A stretch of DNA of 64,000 nt, taken from the sequence record MF327008, one strand, 5' to 3'. The position numbers and the translations under genes were made by a program. This document shows, in pieces, positions 18,991-29,786 of the stretch. Under the pieces are notes generated by a model, which worked only from the letters and a program-made list of their open reading frames with translations, had not been told where the DNA came from and did no database searches. Each line of letters begins with the position of its first letter. Position 1 is the stretch's first letter. Origin of the DNA: Shigella phage Sf24.

Positions 18991-20417
18991 TAAAATTTTA
19001 ATTCATTTGCCAAAGCATCTAACTGAGCTCGAGTAGATTCATTTCTTTGATAGCGATTCTGCTCAGCCTGAATCTGTTGTGAACCTGCTACTTCGTTCAC
19101 TTCAGTTGGAGTAGAATCTTGTTCAATTTCTACCCATTTCTGATTTCCTTTTTGAACACCCATCAAAAACTTATTCCATTTATTCTTATCGCCATATCGT
19201 GATTTGATTTGCTTAATGAGTTGTTGTTCAGCAGCTGCTAGCTCCTCGGTTTCAATGACCGCAAGCATAAAATCAGCTGTTGCTGGAAGACCAGCAGATT
19301 CTGCAATATCGCTCATGTTAACATCGGAAGAGTCCCAAGCTTGTTTACCAACCTGCGCTGCGGTCCAAAGAACAGTTTCGGTTTCAACAGCAAGAGCACG
19401 CAATTCCTCTGCAATAGCTTTAACAGTTGTGTAACTATTTTCTGAATAAACTCTAATGCGGCAAGATTTACAAATACCTAGATAGTCGACAATAATGATT
19501 GTTGGAACAAAATTCTTCTTGAGCTTCAATTCATTCAAGAGAGACCTGAATGTATTAGCGTCTGCTCCACCAGTAGGATATTGCTTAACGATTAAACGAC
19601 CGAGAGTAGATTTCTCACGCCATTTTTCCATTTTTCCTTTATATTCGGCGTAAGAAATATGTCCATCATCAATATCGTCAAGAGAAACATCGAGCATGTT
19701 AGCATCAATACGTTTAGCACAGACTTCTTCTGCCATTTCCATGGAGATATAAAGAACGTTATGACCAAGCTGCAAATAATCTGCTGCTAATGAGCAAAGT
19801 CCTAATGATTTACCAACGTTAACGCCAGCCATTAAAACGTTCAGTGTTCCTGTTTCAGCTCCGCCTTTTGTAATTTTATTCAAAATACGAAGTTTAAATG
19901 GAACCTTACGAGCTTTATTCATATAAGATAGCCAGCGTGCTTCGTAGTCATCCATCCAATCATGACCAACGTAGCTATCAAATGAAATTGATAATGCTTG
20001 GCGCATGATGTCAGGAATAGCACCTACATCTGGCATTTTCTTATTTCGTTTTTCCGGAGGAAGCTCAGCATTAGTTTGAATTTCGATTATTTTAGACGTA
20101 GCATTAAACATCGCCCTTTGCTGAACATATTTTTCTGTTTCTTTTACTAACCAACTATGGTCTTCCGGAGAATCAGCTAGTTTTGAAATAAGTGTTTTTA
20201 CACCAGAATATTCTGTTTCAGTAAATGAACTATTTTCTAATGCAACATTTAACGCATTAATAGATGGAACGCTATGATACTCATTAACATGAGATTTAAT
20301 TAATTTGAATGTATTTTTAGCTGGACCACTTTCAAAATATTCTGAATCCATATATGGCCAAACTTTTGAAAAATAAGCTTGATCAAATATGAGATGAGAA
20401 AGAATAATTTCTACCAC
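18990..20417 (-). CDS. 41: replicative DNA helicase gp41
   Basis: 475 aa; Walker A GVNVGKS; DnaB-like. Confidence 0.92.
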   Translation of the reverse strand: MVEIILSHLIFDQAYFSKVWPYMDSEYFESGPAKNTFKLIKSHVNEYHSVPSINALNVALENSSFTETEYSGVKTLISKLADSPEDHSWLVKETEKYVQQRAMFNATSKIIEIQTNAELPPEKRNKKMPDVGAIPDIMRQALSISFDSYVGHDWMDDYEARWLSYMNKARKVPFKLRILNKITKGGAETGTLNVLMAGVNVGKSLGLCSLAADYLQLGHNVLYISMEMAEEVCAKRIDANMLDVSLDDIDDGHISYAEYKGKMEKWREKSTLGRLIVKQYPTGGADANTFRSLLNELKLKKNFVPTIIIVDYLGICKSCRIRVYSENSYTTVKAIAEELRALAVETETVLWTAAQVGKQAWDSSDVNMSDIAESAGLPATADFMLAVIETEELAAAEQQLIKQIKSRYGDKNKWNKFLMGVQKGNQKWVEIEQDSTPTEVNEVAGSQQIQAEQNRYQRNESTRAQLDALANELKF

Positions 20418-20426
20418 ACTTACTCC

Positions 20427-20765
20427 TTAAAAGAATTTAAATTTTTTCTTTGACCTTTTATTAAATGCATCTTGCAGTTGCATTGTAATACATTTTTCTA
20501 CATGAGGAGCTAACTCAGCTTTTCTTTCTTGGTCAAGAACAGCAAAGTCCATTACAACCTTTCCATCAACCCAATCCAGTTTAGTTACATACACTATATG
20601 TGTAGAACCATCTTCTAGTTTAATGACAATCTCCTGGATAACATTTTCCATAGCGGATTTAATTATCTTAAGAGACTCATTAAAAAGACGTTCTTTTCTT
20701 TCTTTTTCCCCCTCCGAAGAGGGGGATTCATCGATAATTTCTAAATCTAAATCATCTTTACTCAT
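20427..20765 (-). CDS. 40: gp40 head vertex assembly chaperone
   Basis: position between uvsX and 41; start at internal Met MSKDDLDLE. Confidence 0.65.
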   Translation of the reverse strand: MSKDDLDLEIIDESPSSEGEKERKERLFNESLKIIKSAMENVIQEIVIKLEDGSTHIVYVTKLDWVDGKVVMDFAVLDQERKAELAPHVEKCITMQLQDAFNKRSKKKFKFF

Positions 20766-21939
20766 TAAATTCTTCCATATCACTTAACTGCTCGAGGTCA
20801 GTTTCTAAATCAGCTGCTGATTTACTTTTACTTTCTGGAGATTTAAATTTTTCAACCTTTGAGTTAATCAATTCATCAACTTCAGCTTCAACAATTTCAT
20901 TACTATCAATAGCACCTAACTGATAAGCACGTTTAATAGCATCTCGGAATGGCTGATGCTTAAATAAAGGACCCCAGAATGTAGTGCAGTTGGTATCTTT
21001 TGCACGCCAAGATTTTTCTTCGCGAATCATCTCACCGGTTTCTTCGTCAAGAAATTCACGAGCATACCAGCCATTTTTAGGTTTTACCACAAATCCTAAT
21101 TCAAGAGCCATATCTAACAATCCAGAATAAGGATCGATGCCACCGTCAAATTTAACATCAATAAAGAATTTACTTTTTTCTTTAACGGTACGAGATTTTT
21201 CTACATTTAGAACAAATTGATACCCCTGAAGATCAGAACCATCTTTAATCTGGCGCTTACCGATAATGAATACAGTATCAGCCGAATACATTACGCCTGT
21301 ACCACCTGTCATCACGGTTTTACTAAACATTTCAATTGTTTCAATTGTATGGTTAACCGCAACACATGGAATATTTTTAATGCTAAAGTAAGGAGTAACA
21401 ATACGGAATAATGACTTCAGTGATTTAGCACGAGTCATATCTGCCACAGATTTTTCATTCAAGGCATCTTCAGTTTCTTTCTTAGAAGCCATATTACCGA
21501 TTGAGTCGATGAATACAATAACTTTTTCACCGCGCTCAATAGCTTCAAGCTGATTCACCATATCAATTTTTAGCTGTTCAACTGACTGAATCGGCGTATG
21601 AATTACTCGTTCTGGGTCAACCCCCATGGATCGCAAATAAGCTGGAGTAATACCAAATTCGCTATCATAGAATAGACAAACCGCGTCAGGATATTTGTTC
21701 AAATATGCCGCAACCATAGTCAAAGACATATTTGATTTAAAGTGTTTAGAAGGCCCTGCGAAAATAGTTAAACCAGACTGCATACCGCCATCAATCGCAC
21801 CAGAAATAGCAATATTAAGCATTGGAATTTTTGTACGAATTACATCCTTTTCATTAAAGAATTTAGATGTAGTCAGTTCAGCAGTCATTTTAGAAGTGGA
21901 AGCTTTAATCAAACGGGATTTTAAATCTGCAATAGACAT
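20758..21939 (-). CDS. uvsX: UvsX recombinase (RecA-like)
   Basis: 393 aa; GPSKHFKS Walker A; T4 UvsX-like. Confidence 0.93.
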   Translation of the reverse strand: MSIADLKSRLIKASTSKMTAELTTSKFFNEKDVIRTKIPMLNIAISGAIDGGMQSGLTIFAGPSKHFKSNMSLTMVAAYLNKYPDAVCLFYDSEFGITPAYLRSMGVDPERVIHTPIQSVEQLKIDMVNQLEAIERGEKVIVFIDSIGNMASKKETEDALNEKSVADMTRAKSLKSLFRIVTPYFSIKNIPCVAVNHTIETIEMFSKTVMTGGTGVMYSADTVFIIGKRQIKDGSDLQGYQFVLNVEKSRTVKEKSKFFIDVKFDGGIDPYSGLLDMALELGFVVKPKNGWYAREFLDEETGEMIREEKSWRAKDTNCTTFWGPLFKHQPFRDAIKRAYQLGAIDSNEIVEAEVDELINSKVEKFKSPESKSKSAADLETDLEQLSDMEEFNE

Positions 21940-22016
21940 TCATTTTTTCCATAGGCATCATTATATTTTCCTCACTGGTTAAAGATAGAGTAATTATAAC
22001 ACAATAAATTTAGGCA

Positions 22017-22865
22017 TTAATCAACTGCTATTGGATGAATAACATTAAACTTATGAAATGCTTCTGATTTTTCTTTACGTGAAACGCACATGCGAAGAAC
22101 CTTTAATGGTTCGTCTTCTTCACCCAACGATTTTCGTTTTTCAATATTAGAAGTTTTCCAACGAGCTTGCTCTGGAAACTCTCTATTGATTTGCTCAAGC
22201 GCTCTATTATGTTTAGAATTACTACGAATTGAACTGCACCCGCCAGGAGCTTGTGCTTTTCCAGATACAACCAGATATTTGAACAAGGCCAAATGCGGAT
22301 AACCTTGATTAATTAAATTGAGAAATGCATACATATCTTCGCACAAATCAATTTTTCCATACCCAATTTGTTCTGTCGTAAGTTTTCCAAGGTCATACCA
22401 TGTATTCGTGAATCCATATGAATTTTCACGATAATTACCCCAAGATGAAGTAATTTTAAAAATTGGTAGGCGAGCATGACCATGATAATACCCGCAATCC
22501 ATGGCATCCTCAACGTATTGAATCAATTCATAGAACTGTTCACGGGTTAATTGATTAATTTTATCTACGCAGCGACGATCATCTTTCTTTCGCATTGAGC
22601 TCATACGAATAGTAGTATCATCGTCAATCATCCAGATTCGTTGACCTGCATACATATCAGTAATTGCTTTACGAGTACCGGCAATTCCGTTTACATCATC
22701 AGGAATAGTTATAATTTTAGCTCTAGACCCATAGGCATCATAATAAGCTTTTTCTTCATGTTCACGCACTACAATATGGGGTTCATAATCAGTCGGAAAC
22801 ATATCAAGGGCAGAAACTGCCCCGACACGCTGATAACTTGGAATTACGAATTGAATCATTTCCAC
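22017..22865 (-). CDS. GT-A fold glycosyltransferase, likely beta-glucosyl-HMC-alpha-glucosyltransferase
   Basis: DDD (DXD) motif WMIDDDTTIR; sits where T4 has beta-gt, between uvsX and 42. Confidence 0.6.
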   Translation of the reverse strand: MEMIQFVIPSYQRVGAVSALDMFPTDYEPHIVVREHEEKAYYDAYGSRAKIITIPDDVNGIAGTRKAITDMYAGQRIWMIDDDTTIRMSSMRKKDDRRCVDKINQLTREQFYELIQYVEDAMDCGYYHGHARLPIFKITSSWGNYRENSYGFTNTWYDLGKLTTEQIGYGKIDLCEDMYAFLNLINQGYPHLALFKYLVVSGKAQAPGGCSSIRSNSKHNRALEQINREFPEQARWKTSNIEKRKSLGEEDEPLKVLRMCVSRKEKSEAFHKFNVIHPIAVD

Positions 22866-23596
22866 TCACCTTTATAGTCTTTTTTCACAATATGAGTTTC
22901 GCCAGTATTCCACCAATGATCAACCAAGTAAAAATGACGAGAATATACATGAAGACTTCCGACATTCCATATAATAGAACCTGCTTTATACTGACGAGTT
23001 GAATCGCCTGCATTCAAATCAGATACTAATTTATCTAATACGTATTTTTGCCATGCATAATCATTACGGAATCCGAAGACCACGTCATTTGAGCGCATGC
23101 TTACTACTGCATTGACTTTCTTATCACGAATCAGGTACTGTACTGTATTAGTACACATGAAATCTGACATACCATCTTTATTGTAGTCAAATTGCATGGA
23201 TGGACGAGTATAAATCATGATACCACGTCGAGAATCAGGATTTTGACCAAGTTCAGCTAAACACATATCATACTGGGCATAGTTATCTTCTGACCAAATA
23301 GCCCAACCATAATTCGAGTTAATTTCGCCTTTAGAAGATGCTACTTGTTGCCAAATCTTCGGTGTTTCACCTGGAATATCTTTAACAAACAAACTCTTAG
23401 ATTTATACCATTCAAGTTCGCGCTGAATGTATTCATCATTAAGAGCGCCAAAAATAAACGGTTCATCTGCTACAAATGATGCGCCAATAATTTCAATAGT
23501 TTTAACACCGGTTTTATCAACTACGAAATCTTTTTCCTTTAATGCAAGCCCCAAATGAAGACGGATTTCTCCAACTGTCATATAATCGTTAATCAT
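22856..23596 (-). CDS. 42: dCMP hydroxymethylase gp42
   Basis: 246 aa; thymidylate-synthase-like; T4 gp42-like. Confidence 0.92.
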   Translation of the reverse strand: MINDYMTVGEIRLHLGLALKEKDFVVDKTGVKTIEIIGASFVADEPFIFGALNDEYIQRELEWYKSKSLFVKDIPGETPKIWQQVASSKGEINSNYGWAIWSEDNYAQYDMCLAELGQNPDSRRGIMIYTRPSMQFDYNKDGMSDFMCTNTVQYLIRDKKVNAVVSMRSNDVVFGFRNDYAWQKYVLDKLVSDLNAGDSTRQYKAGSIIWNVGSLHVYSRHFYLVDHWWNTGETHIVKKDYKGEWK

Positions 23597-23749
23597 TTAA
23601 ACCTCAATTGATGCATTCATATTTAATTTGTAACAGTAATAAACTCCAACCTATAATAAGTGGCGGAATCATAAGAGGAACTGTTACGCTATAGTATATA
23701 CTTATTATAATCATCAAGATTAAAAGCAACACTGCTATAATTTTGCTTT

Positions 23750-24001
23750 TCATTCCTTCTCTCTGATGATAATTACCTGATTTGGTTGTGCAGACTTTTT
23801 AGTTTCACCCGCAATTGACCAAATAAATGTAATAAACCAACCAATAATTGACCAGTTAAACAGTAAAGATGTGAAAAAGATTCCTACTGTCGATTTTGAC
23901 CCACGCATCAAGGCGATAAACCATGGAAGCATGTATATAATAATAGCCAACACACCTGAAACTAAAACCATAAAAATTGAACCTGCTACTAAAGTTTCCA
24001 T
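23750..24001 (-). CDS. imm: immunity to superinfection membrane protein Imm
   Basis: 83 aa, two TM helices, METLVAGSIFMVLVSGVLAIIIYMLPWF. Confidence 0.88.
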   Translation of the reverse strand: METLVAGSIFMVLVSGVLAIIIYMLPWFIALMRGSKSTVGIFFTSLLFNWSIIGWFITFIWSIAGETKKSAQPNQVIIIREKE

Positions 24002-24008
24002 GTTTTCC

Positions 24009-24389
24009 TCACTTAGTCAAATTTTTTACACATGAATTATAAGAATTCACTACATACTCCATCGGAGCATTTTTACCGGTACGCCATTGGTAATTATTAG
24101 CCCAATTAGCCCAAATTTCGGCGCAGTAGTTTTCAATTTTTTCTTCGCGTGTAATTACATCAGAATTACGATATGCTTGAGCAGATTCATCTGGACGAAT
24201 AGCTTCGTCAAAATTCGCCTGCATTTGTTCGACTGTTTGCTTTGGAGCTTCTTTATAACACTTGACATTAGGATTATAAAATTTGCTTGAACAGTTTACA
24301 ATTTTTCCTACATCAGACTGATTTACTACCGGTCCTTGAGCTACACAACCAGTAAGACCTAATGCAATAACCAAAATAGCGATTTTCAT
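24009..24389 (-). CDS. lipoprotein (imm.1-position)
   Basis: signal peptide with lipobox LTGC. Confidence 0.6.
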   Translation of the reverse strand: MKIAILVIALGLTGCVAQGPVVNQSDVGKIVNCSSKFYNPNVKCYKEAPKQTVEQMQANFDEAIRPDESAQAYRNSDVITREEKIENYCAEIWANWANNYQWRTGKNAPMEYVVNSYNSCVKNLTK

Positions 24390-24399
24390 AATAATTTCC

Positions 24400-24636
24400 T
24401 CAAATGCAAGTAGTAATTACTCCAGTAGTGCTTATGCAGGTATTACCCATTTGCACACCTAAAGATCCATTTGTATTCACATGAAGATTATCATCAATTT
24501 TAACTGATATTTTACCATTAGTGTGAATAACGGTGCTAGATTCAATCACAGGTTGAGTATCATTTTCAACACTAACAAATGGAACTGCTGCTAATGCAAC
24601 TAAACAAACTGCTAAGCATCCCATAACAATTTTCAT
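24400..24636 (-). CDS. small secreted protein
   Basis: signal peptide; GGAGAA RBS; shared leader cassette. Confidence 0.55.
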   Translation of the reverse strand: MKIVMGCLAVCLVALAAVPFVSVENDTQPVIESSTVIHTNGKISVKIDDNLHVNTNGSLGVQMGNTCISTTGVITTCI

Positions 24637-24667
24637 TTTATTCTCCAAATCCGTATTAGTTGATAGT

Positions 24668-24700
24668 TGTATAGTACCATGGAAGAACAGGGATGTAAAC
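24668..24700 (-). promoter_or_regulatory. T4-type early promoter within repeated promoter cassette
   Basis: GTTTAC ... TGGTACTATAC; cassette sequence recurs at four other sites. Confidence 0.5.
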
Positions 24701-24787
24701 AGTTTTGTGAAAAATTTTTAATGAATTTACAGGACCTAGAATCATCTGTTTTTCATAAGTATAGATTTATATTACTTGTATGAAAAA

Positions 24788-24803
24788 GGGACCAGGAGGT
24801 CCC
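24788..24803 (-). terminator. intrinsic terminator after gene 43
   Basis: GGGACC-AGGA-GGTCCC hairpin followed by U-run on minus strand. Confidence 0.6.
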
Positions 24804-24816
24804 TAGATTTATTCTA

Positions 24817-27513
24817 TCAGCCAAACAGGAAGTCTAACGAAGCTTTTTCTTCATAGTCCATACCAGCCGATTCACACATGCCTGCAAGCGGTTTAACAAA
24901 CGATTTTTGGAACAAAGTTGAGTAGTCAATCCAAGACAGTACGTCAGAACGAATTTCTTTTGGAAGTTCTGTACCCGACGGCCAAGCAATGCATTTGTCA
25001 CCAAATGGATTTCCTTCACGCAATGGAAGAACCATTACTTTATTTCCATCCAAAATTGGAGCTACACCTAAACCGCTAACAGCTCGACGATAAGTTAGCA
25101 CACCACGAATATGGAACGGACATTTAAATCCTGGCCAACCTTTATCATCATATTTCGCTATATCGTTCGCAGTTTTTACTTCAGCAATAACTTTATAGTC
25201 AAGTTGACGATATTCTTTCTCGAAGTTCTTGTAATATTCTTGGACAGACTCTTCACCTTCCTGAAGAATACGACGAATACTTTCTTCGAGAGCTTCTTGG
25301 ACCGCTTTAGGCGTTGAACTCTGCTGAGTTTCCATACCCATGATTTTTAGATGCGGTTCAGCAAATCGCTTATCTTCCATATCATAAACGTTCAGAGCAT
25401 AACGCTTTTTCGCTTTCCAAAATCCACCAACGCCCTTTGAACCAAGTGGAGGGCAAGAAATAGCTTCACGGTCCATATGCATCAGATGCTCGCGGTTATT
25501 CATATAATCACATAACTCACGATATGCAACATCAATCATAGGTTCCATCTTTTTCTTACCAAACTGATTCATGAATTCAACTAAATCATTTTGTTCTTTA
25601 AAGCGATCAAGACCTACTTTTTCAATAACTTTATCTACACAAACATATACCGAATCAGTATCACCTGCTGCGATGAAATCTTCACCATTAGTTCCACATA
25701 CTTTATTCAGATATTCATTAATTTTGCGAGCAATCCACTGAATACCGACTTGACCGAAAATTGTGATAGCAGTAGCATTTCGCAAATCATAGTAGCGGAA
25801 ATGAATATTACCAAGAGCACCATAAAGACTGTTAATAAGAATTTTACGGTTCAGCTGATTTGTGTTAGCAAGTGTAGCTGCTTTTTCACATTCTTCAATC
25901 AGACTATTGAGAACAGATTCGGTGTAATTCGATAATTCATTTAAGAAATCATCACTGAACTTAACATATCGTTCAACTTCTGGTTTAGTTGAGCAAGACC
26001 CTGCACCTTTCATAATAATCTTTTTAATAGCTTCGGCATTCATTTCTTCCGCGAACATTTTCTTTTTCCAATCTTTACGCTGGAAAAATACTTTAGCGAT
26101 TTCCTTTGGAATGATACCTTCTTGGTGCTTATCATACATCCATCCATTCGGAGAGCAAGAATATTCATCACTTGGCTTAGGAGCTGTTCCTGTGATATAT
26201 TCATGAATTGGATGAACTTTAAACTGCCCGCGAATAGTCTCAGGACTAATGTTAACCTGACGAATAATGCTAGGATACAGAGACGTCAAGTCAAAACTCA
26301 TAATGTATCGACGAGCAATCGGTTTAGGTTCAAACACAAATGCACCTGGAAAACTCTGTTTAACATGCGAACCTTGTTGAGGAATAACCTTATGTTCACC
26401 TTTAAGTGAGTTAAAAATAATAGCGTCCCAAGTTTTAATAGGACTCATTACACCAGAAAAAGGCATTTTAGCGTAATAAGACATACTTAAAACTAGATCG
26501 ATAAACCCACGAATTTTATCAATTGCTTGAACTGATTCTACGTCAATGATGTTATAACTAATGTATCGTTGATGATTAGTCTCACGAAGTTTATTAATAG
26601 GACCATCGTACGGCAATTTACCTTTTTTGGTTTCATGTTGAGCAACTGATTCCAAAGAGAACGATGGCAAATTAGTAAATGCGAATTTCTTGTACAAATC
26701 TAAATAATCAAGAATAGACACGCCATCAATAGAATAAATTTCTTTGCTACCGTACATATTTTGAATTAGTTTAGATTTTACCCGACCGATTGGAGAGAAG
26801 CGTTTCATACTACGTTCACCGAGAACCATTTTAACGCGATTCATGATATACGGAACGTCAAATCCCTCAATATTCCAACCAGTAAAAATAGCAGGTCGTT
26901 TCTGTTCCCAGAGATTAATATATTCCATGAGCATATCGCGCTCATTATCAAATGGCATATAAATTACTCGGTCAAGAATTTCTTGAGGAACTTCATCACC
27001 ACCTTCACAGTCAAGCTTAGCAGCTAACTTTGCATCCCATTTTGATACTGAACCATACATTGAATTCAAAAGGTCGAAAACATAAAAACGATCATCAATT
27101 GAATCGTAATGAGTGATAGCATCAATTTCATATTCAGCTTTCATTGGGTCAGGAAATTTATCACCAGTAACCTCAATGTCACAGTTAGCTACACGAACAA
27201 ATTTTCGGTCATAAACAATTTCTGAACCGTATGTATCACTGATATAAGCGAGTTTAAAATCGTTCATACCGAGAGCTTCGAGACCGATGTCTTCCATTCG
27301 TTTCATCCAATCTCGAGCATCTTTCATTGATGGAAATTTTTGAGGAGCGCAGTTTTTACCATAGATGTCTTTGTATTTTGACTCTTCCTTACAATGCCTA
27401 AACATAGTCGGAAGATATTCTACTTCACGAGTACGTTCCTTTCCGTTTTCATCAATATAACGTTCAACAATGTTATTTCCAACTGTTTCGATAGAGATAT
27501 AAAATTCTTTCAT
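24817..27513 (-). CDS. 43: DNA polymerase gp43 (family B)
   Basis: 898 aa; T4 gp43-like N-terminus MKEFYISIETVGNNIVERY. Confidence 0.95.
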   Translation of the reverse strand: MKEFYISIETVGNNIVERYIDENGKERTREVEYLPTMFRHCKEESKYKDIYGKNCAPQKFPSMKDARDWMKRMEDIGLEALGMNDFKLAYISDTYGSEIVYDRKFVRVANCDIEVTGDKFPDPMKAEYEIDAITHYDSIDDRFYVFDLLNSMYGSVSKWDAKLAAKLDCEGGDEVPQEILDRVIYMPFDNERDMLMEYINLWEQKRPAIFTGWNIEGFDVPYIMNRVKMVLGERSMKRFSPIGRVKSKLIQNMYGSKEIYSIDGVSILDYLDLYKKFAFTNLPSFSLESVAQHETKKGKLPYDGPINKLRETNHQRYISYNIIDVESVQAIDKIRGFIDLVLSMSYYAKMPFSGVMSPIKTWDAIIFNSLKGEHKVIPQQGSHVKQSFPGAFVFEPKPIARRYIMSFDLTSLYPSIIRQVNISPETIRGQFKVHPIHEYITGTAPKPSDEYSCSPNGWMYDKHQEGIIPKEIAKVFFQRKDWKKKMFAEEMNAEAIKKIIMKGAGSCSTKPEVERYVKFSDDFLNELSNYTESVLNSLIEECEKAATLANTNQLNRKILINSLYGALGNIHFRYYDLRNATAITIFGQVGIQWIARKINEYLNKVCGTNGEDFIAAGDTDSVYVCVDKVIEKVGLDRFKEQNDLVEFMNQFGKKKMEPMIDVAYRELCDYMNNREHLMHMDREAISCPPLGSKGVGGFWKAKKRYALNVYDMEDKRFAEPHLKIMGMETQQSSTPKAVQEALEESIRRILQEGEESVQEYYKNFEKEYRQLDYKVIAEVKTANDIAKYDDKGWPGFKCPFHIRGVLTYRRAVSGLGVAPILDGNKVMVLPLREGNPFGDKCIAWPSGTELPKEIRSDVLSWIDYSTLFQKSFVKPLAGMCESAGMDYEEKASLDFLFG

Positions 27514-27529
27514 AGATATTCCTTAGTTT

Positions 27530-27552
27530 ATAGCCCGAGTTATTAGGCTCTT
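27530..27552 (-). promoter_or_regulatory. gene 43 translational operator-like hairpin
   Basis: minus strand GAGCC-UAAUAACU-CGGGCU just upstream of AAGGA RBS of gene 43. Confidence 0.45.
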
Positions 27553-27571
27553 GATATATTATACTCCAAAT

Positions 27572-27589
27572 AAGGGGCCGAAGCCCCTT
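27572..27589 (-). terminator. cUUCGg hairpin
   Basis: GGGGC-CGAA-GCCCC; a GAGTATAAT -10-like box follows on minus strand. Confidence 0.5.
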
Positions 27590-27593
27590 TGCT

Positions 27594-27830
27594 TTAAATT
27601 TCTACTGTACAACGCGATATAACGGACTTGCCATCTTTATTTGTGGTTTTGATAATCGCATGAAATGCGCGTTGGCGTGGGTAAACTAATCGTTGGAATT
27701 CTTTTTGGAATTCTATTTGTTTATCTTCCGGGAGGTCAAAAACCAGTTGGGTAGAAGACAGACCATATGTTTGTTTTAGATTTTCGAATATTAGAAAAGC
27801 TTCGGTAAACTGAATCTCTGATTGTGTCAT
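27594..27830 (-). CDS. hypothetical protein between regA and 43 (~78 aa)
   Basis: internal Met MTQSEIQF with AAGGT RBS. Confidence 0.45.
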   Translation of the reverse strand: MTQSEIQFTEAFLIFENLKQTYGLSSTQLVFDLPEDKQIEFQKEFQRLVYPRQRAFHAIIKTTNKDGKSVISRCTVEI

Positions 27831-27840
27831 ATAATTTACC

Positions 27841-28209
27841 TTAATTACCAATCGTATATTTAGGAACGAGTTTCCATTCATGTTTTTGTTTAAAAGAAAT
27901 AACTCGGAAGTTATTAGTTAAATCTTTCATAAAAGTTCTTTGACCAGGAACGATTTCAATCAGTCCCCAATCTTCTAACAGCCATGCAATCGAATCACGA
28001 CGAACTTCATCTTCTTCTGTCATTTCAACTTGACGGCCATCCATACGAAGCATTTCTTTAAAATGAACGATATAGTATAGTCCTTTTTTCTGAAGAATAT
28101 GACAGGACTGATACAGAACTTTATCTTTATTATTAGCAATTCCCATACGAGTCAAAGTTTCTTTTACTTTCAGAAAATCTTCAGGTTTTTTAAGAGTAAT
28201 TTCAATCAT
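27841..28209 (-). CDS. regA: translational repressor RegA
   Basis: 122 aa MIEITLKKPEDFLKVKETLTRMG, T4 RegA-like. Confidence 0.92.
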   Translation of the reverse strand: MIEITLKKPEDFLKVKETLTRMGIANNKDKVLYQSCHILQKKGLYYIVHFKEMLRMDGRQVEMTEEDEVRRDSIAWLLEDWGLIEIVPGQRTFMKDLTNNFRVISFKQKHEWKLVPKYTIGN

Positions 28210-28210
28210 T

Positions 28211-28774
28211 TTACCATTCCAATGCTAGTTTTTTGAGTTGTTTCTGTTCTTTTACGTTCTTAGTCACTTCTTTCAAAAAATCATCCGTGACTAATCCTTT
28301 AAGTTCTTTTAATACTAAAGGTAGTTTTCCATTTTTAGTAAGAATTGATTTATAGTTAATTGCATCATTTGTATTAACTTGATACCGCTTAGCAAGTAAC
28401 TTAATAATCAATACTTCGGTGGAATCTTCGACCAGTTTTGCCCATTTACCATATCTTTTACCCCGAGGAACTGCAGCCATCAGATAATTAAAATGAGCTT
28501 CATCACTTAAGCCTGATCCAATTAAATTCATAGCATATACAGCTGGCATGCACTCTGGAAATTGTGATAATGCATTTTCAACCATGAATTTTGAATAATC
28601 TTTTTGAGCAATAGAGCATTTAGTTTTATTATTAATAGCTCCAATTATTTCAAAAAATTCATTTTCAGCTTTTTCTTTAAAAGAATCAGCAGCAGATTGG
28701 ACAGCTGTCCAATCTTTTGAATACCAAGCAACTTGATGCTCGTTTAATTGAATATCATCTTCAAATAAGCTCAT
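28211..28774 (-). CDS. 62: clamp loader subunit gp62
   Basis: start [14 protein letters not shown] as T4 gp62. Confidence 0.88.
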   Translation of the reverse strand: MSLFEDDIQLNEHQVAWYSKDWTAVQSAADSFKEKAENEFFEIIGAINNKTKCSIAQKDYSKFMVENALSQFPECMPAVYAMNLIGSGLSDEAHFNYLMAAVPRGKRYGKWAKLVEDSTEVLIIKLLAKRYQVNTNDAINYKSILTKNGKLPLVLKELKGLVTDDFLKEVTKNVKEQKQLKKLALEW

Positions 28775-28775
28775 A

Positions 28776-29735
28776 TCACTTCCACTGCATTTCACATGCT
28801 AATTGAATGAAAAGATAAGCTAAATGTAATTCAGTGTTAGCTGCAATACCATGATACTGATTATTTTCACCAACAATTTCGTACATACGAATAATACTTT
28901 GCGGAGTTACACGTGAATAGATTTCTTCGGCAAGTTTACCCACGAACCACGAATAATCAGCTGCATATTTTGGTGCTAAAGCTCTGAGTTGTTTAACATC
29001 TTTATTTTTGAGAGACTCAAGAACATCATCAATAGCACCACGATCGTTAGTAACCAGTGATAAAATACCAGCATCCAAAACACCTTTAGATGAATAACTA
29101 TCGAGCTCACCAATAGTTTTACGAAAATCAGGAAAATTCTTTTTAACCAAAGCTGCTACAACTTTCATATCAGCTATAGCAATTCCTTCATGCTTGCAGA
29201 TTTCAGTCAATCGACGAATCATCTGCTTCATCATTTCAATTTTATCTTCATCGGTCGGTTGACCGAATGTAATAACTCGGCAGCGTGACTGGAGAGGTTT
29301 AATAATACCATCAATATTGTTAGCAGTAATAATAATACTACAGTTTGAACTATAAGCTTCCATAAAGGAACGAAGATGTCGCTGAGACTCTGCTAACCCT
29401 GAGCGGTCAAATTCATCAATAACGATTACTTTTTGACGACCATCAAATGAAGCGGCGCTGGCAAAATTAGTCAAAGGACCACGAACGAAATCAATTTTAC
29501 AATCTGACCCATTCACAAACATCATATCAGCATTTACATCATGACACAATGCTTTCGCTACAGTTGTTTTACCTGTTCCTGGAGAAGGAGAATGAAGAAT
29601 AATATGTGGAATCTTACCTTTACTTGTAATAGATTTAAAGGTTTCTTTATCAAAGGCGGGAAGAATACATTCATCGATAGTAGATGGACGATATTTCTGT
29701 TCAAGAATGTGTTCTTTTTCATTTACGGTAATCAT
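28776..29735 (-). CDS. 44: clamp loader ATPase gp44
   Basis: Walker A SPGTGKTT; start MITVNEKEH as T4 gp44. Confidence 0.92.
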
Positions 29736-29767
29736 AATTTCCTCATTCAAGTTTTAGTGTAAATTAT

Positions 29768-29786
29768 AAAGGGCCGAAGCCCTCTA
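29768..29786 (-). terminator. cUUCGg hairpin between genes 45 and 44
   Basis: GGGC-CGAA-GCCC. Confidence 0.5.

Noticed and set aside
23597-23749. 35-aa hydrophobic ORF in the gap between gene 42 and imm
   Set aside because: No recognisable RBS and very short; the gap is more likely promoter/leader sequence.
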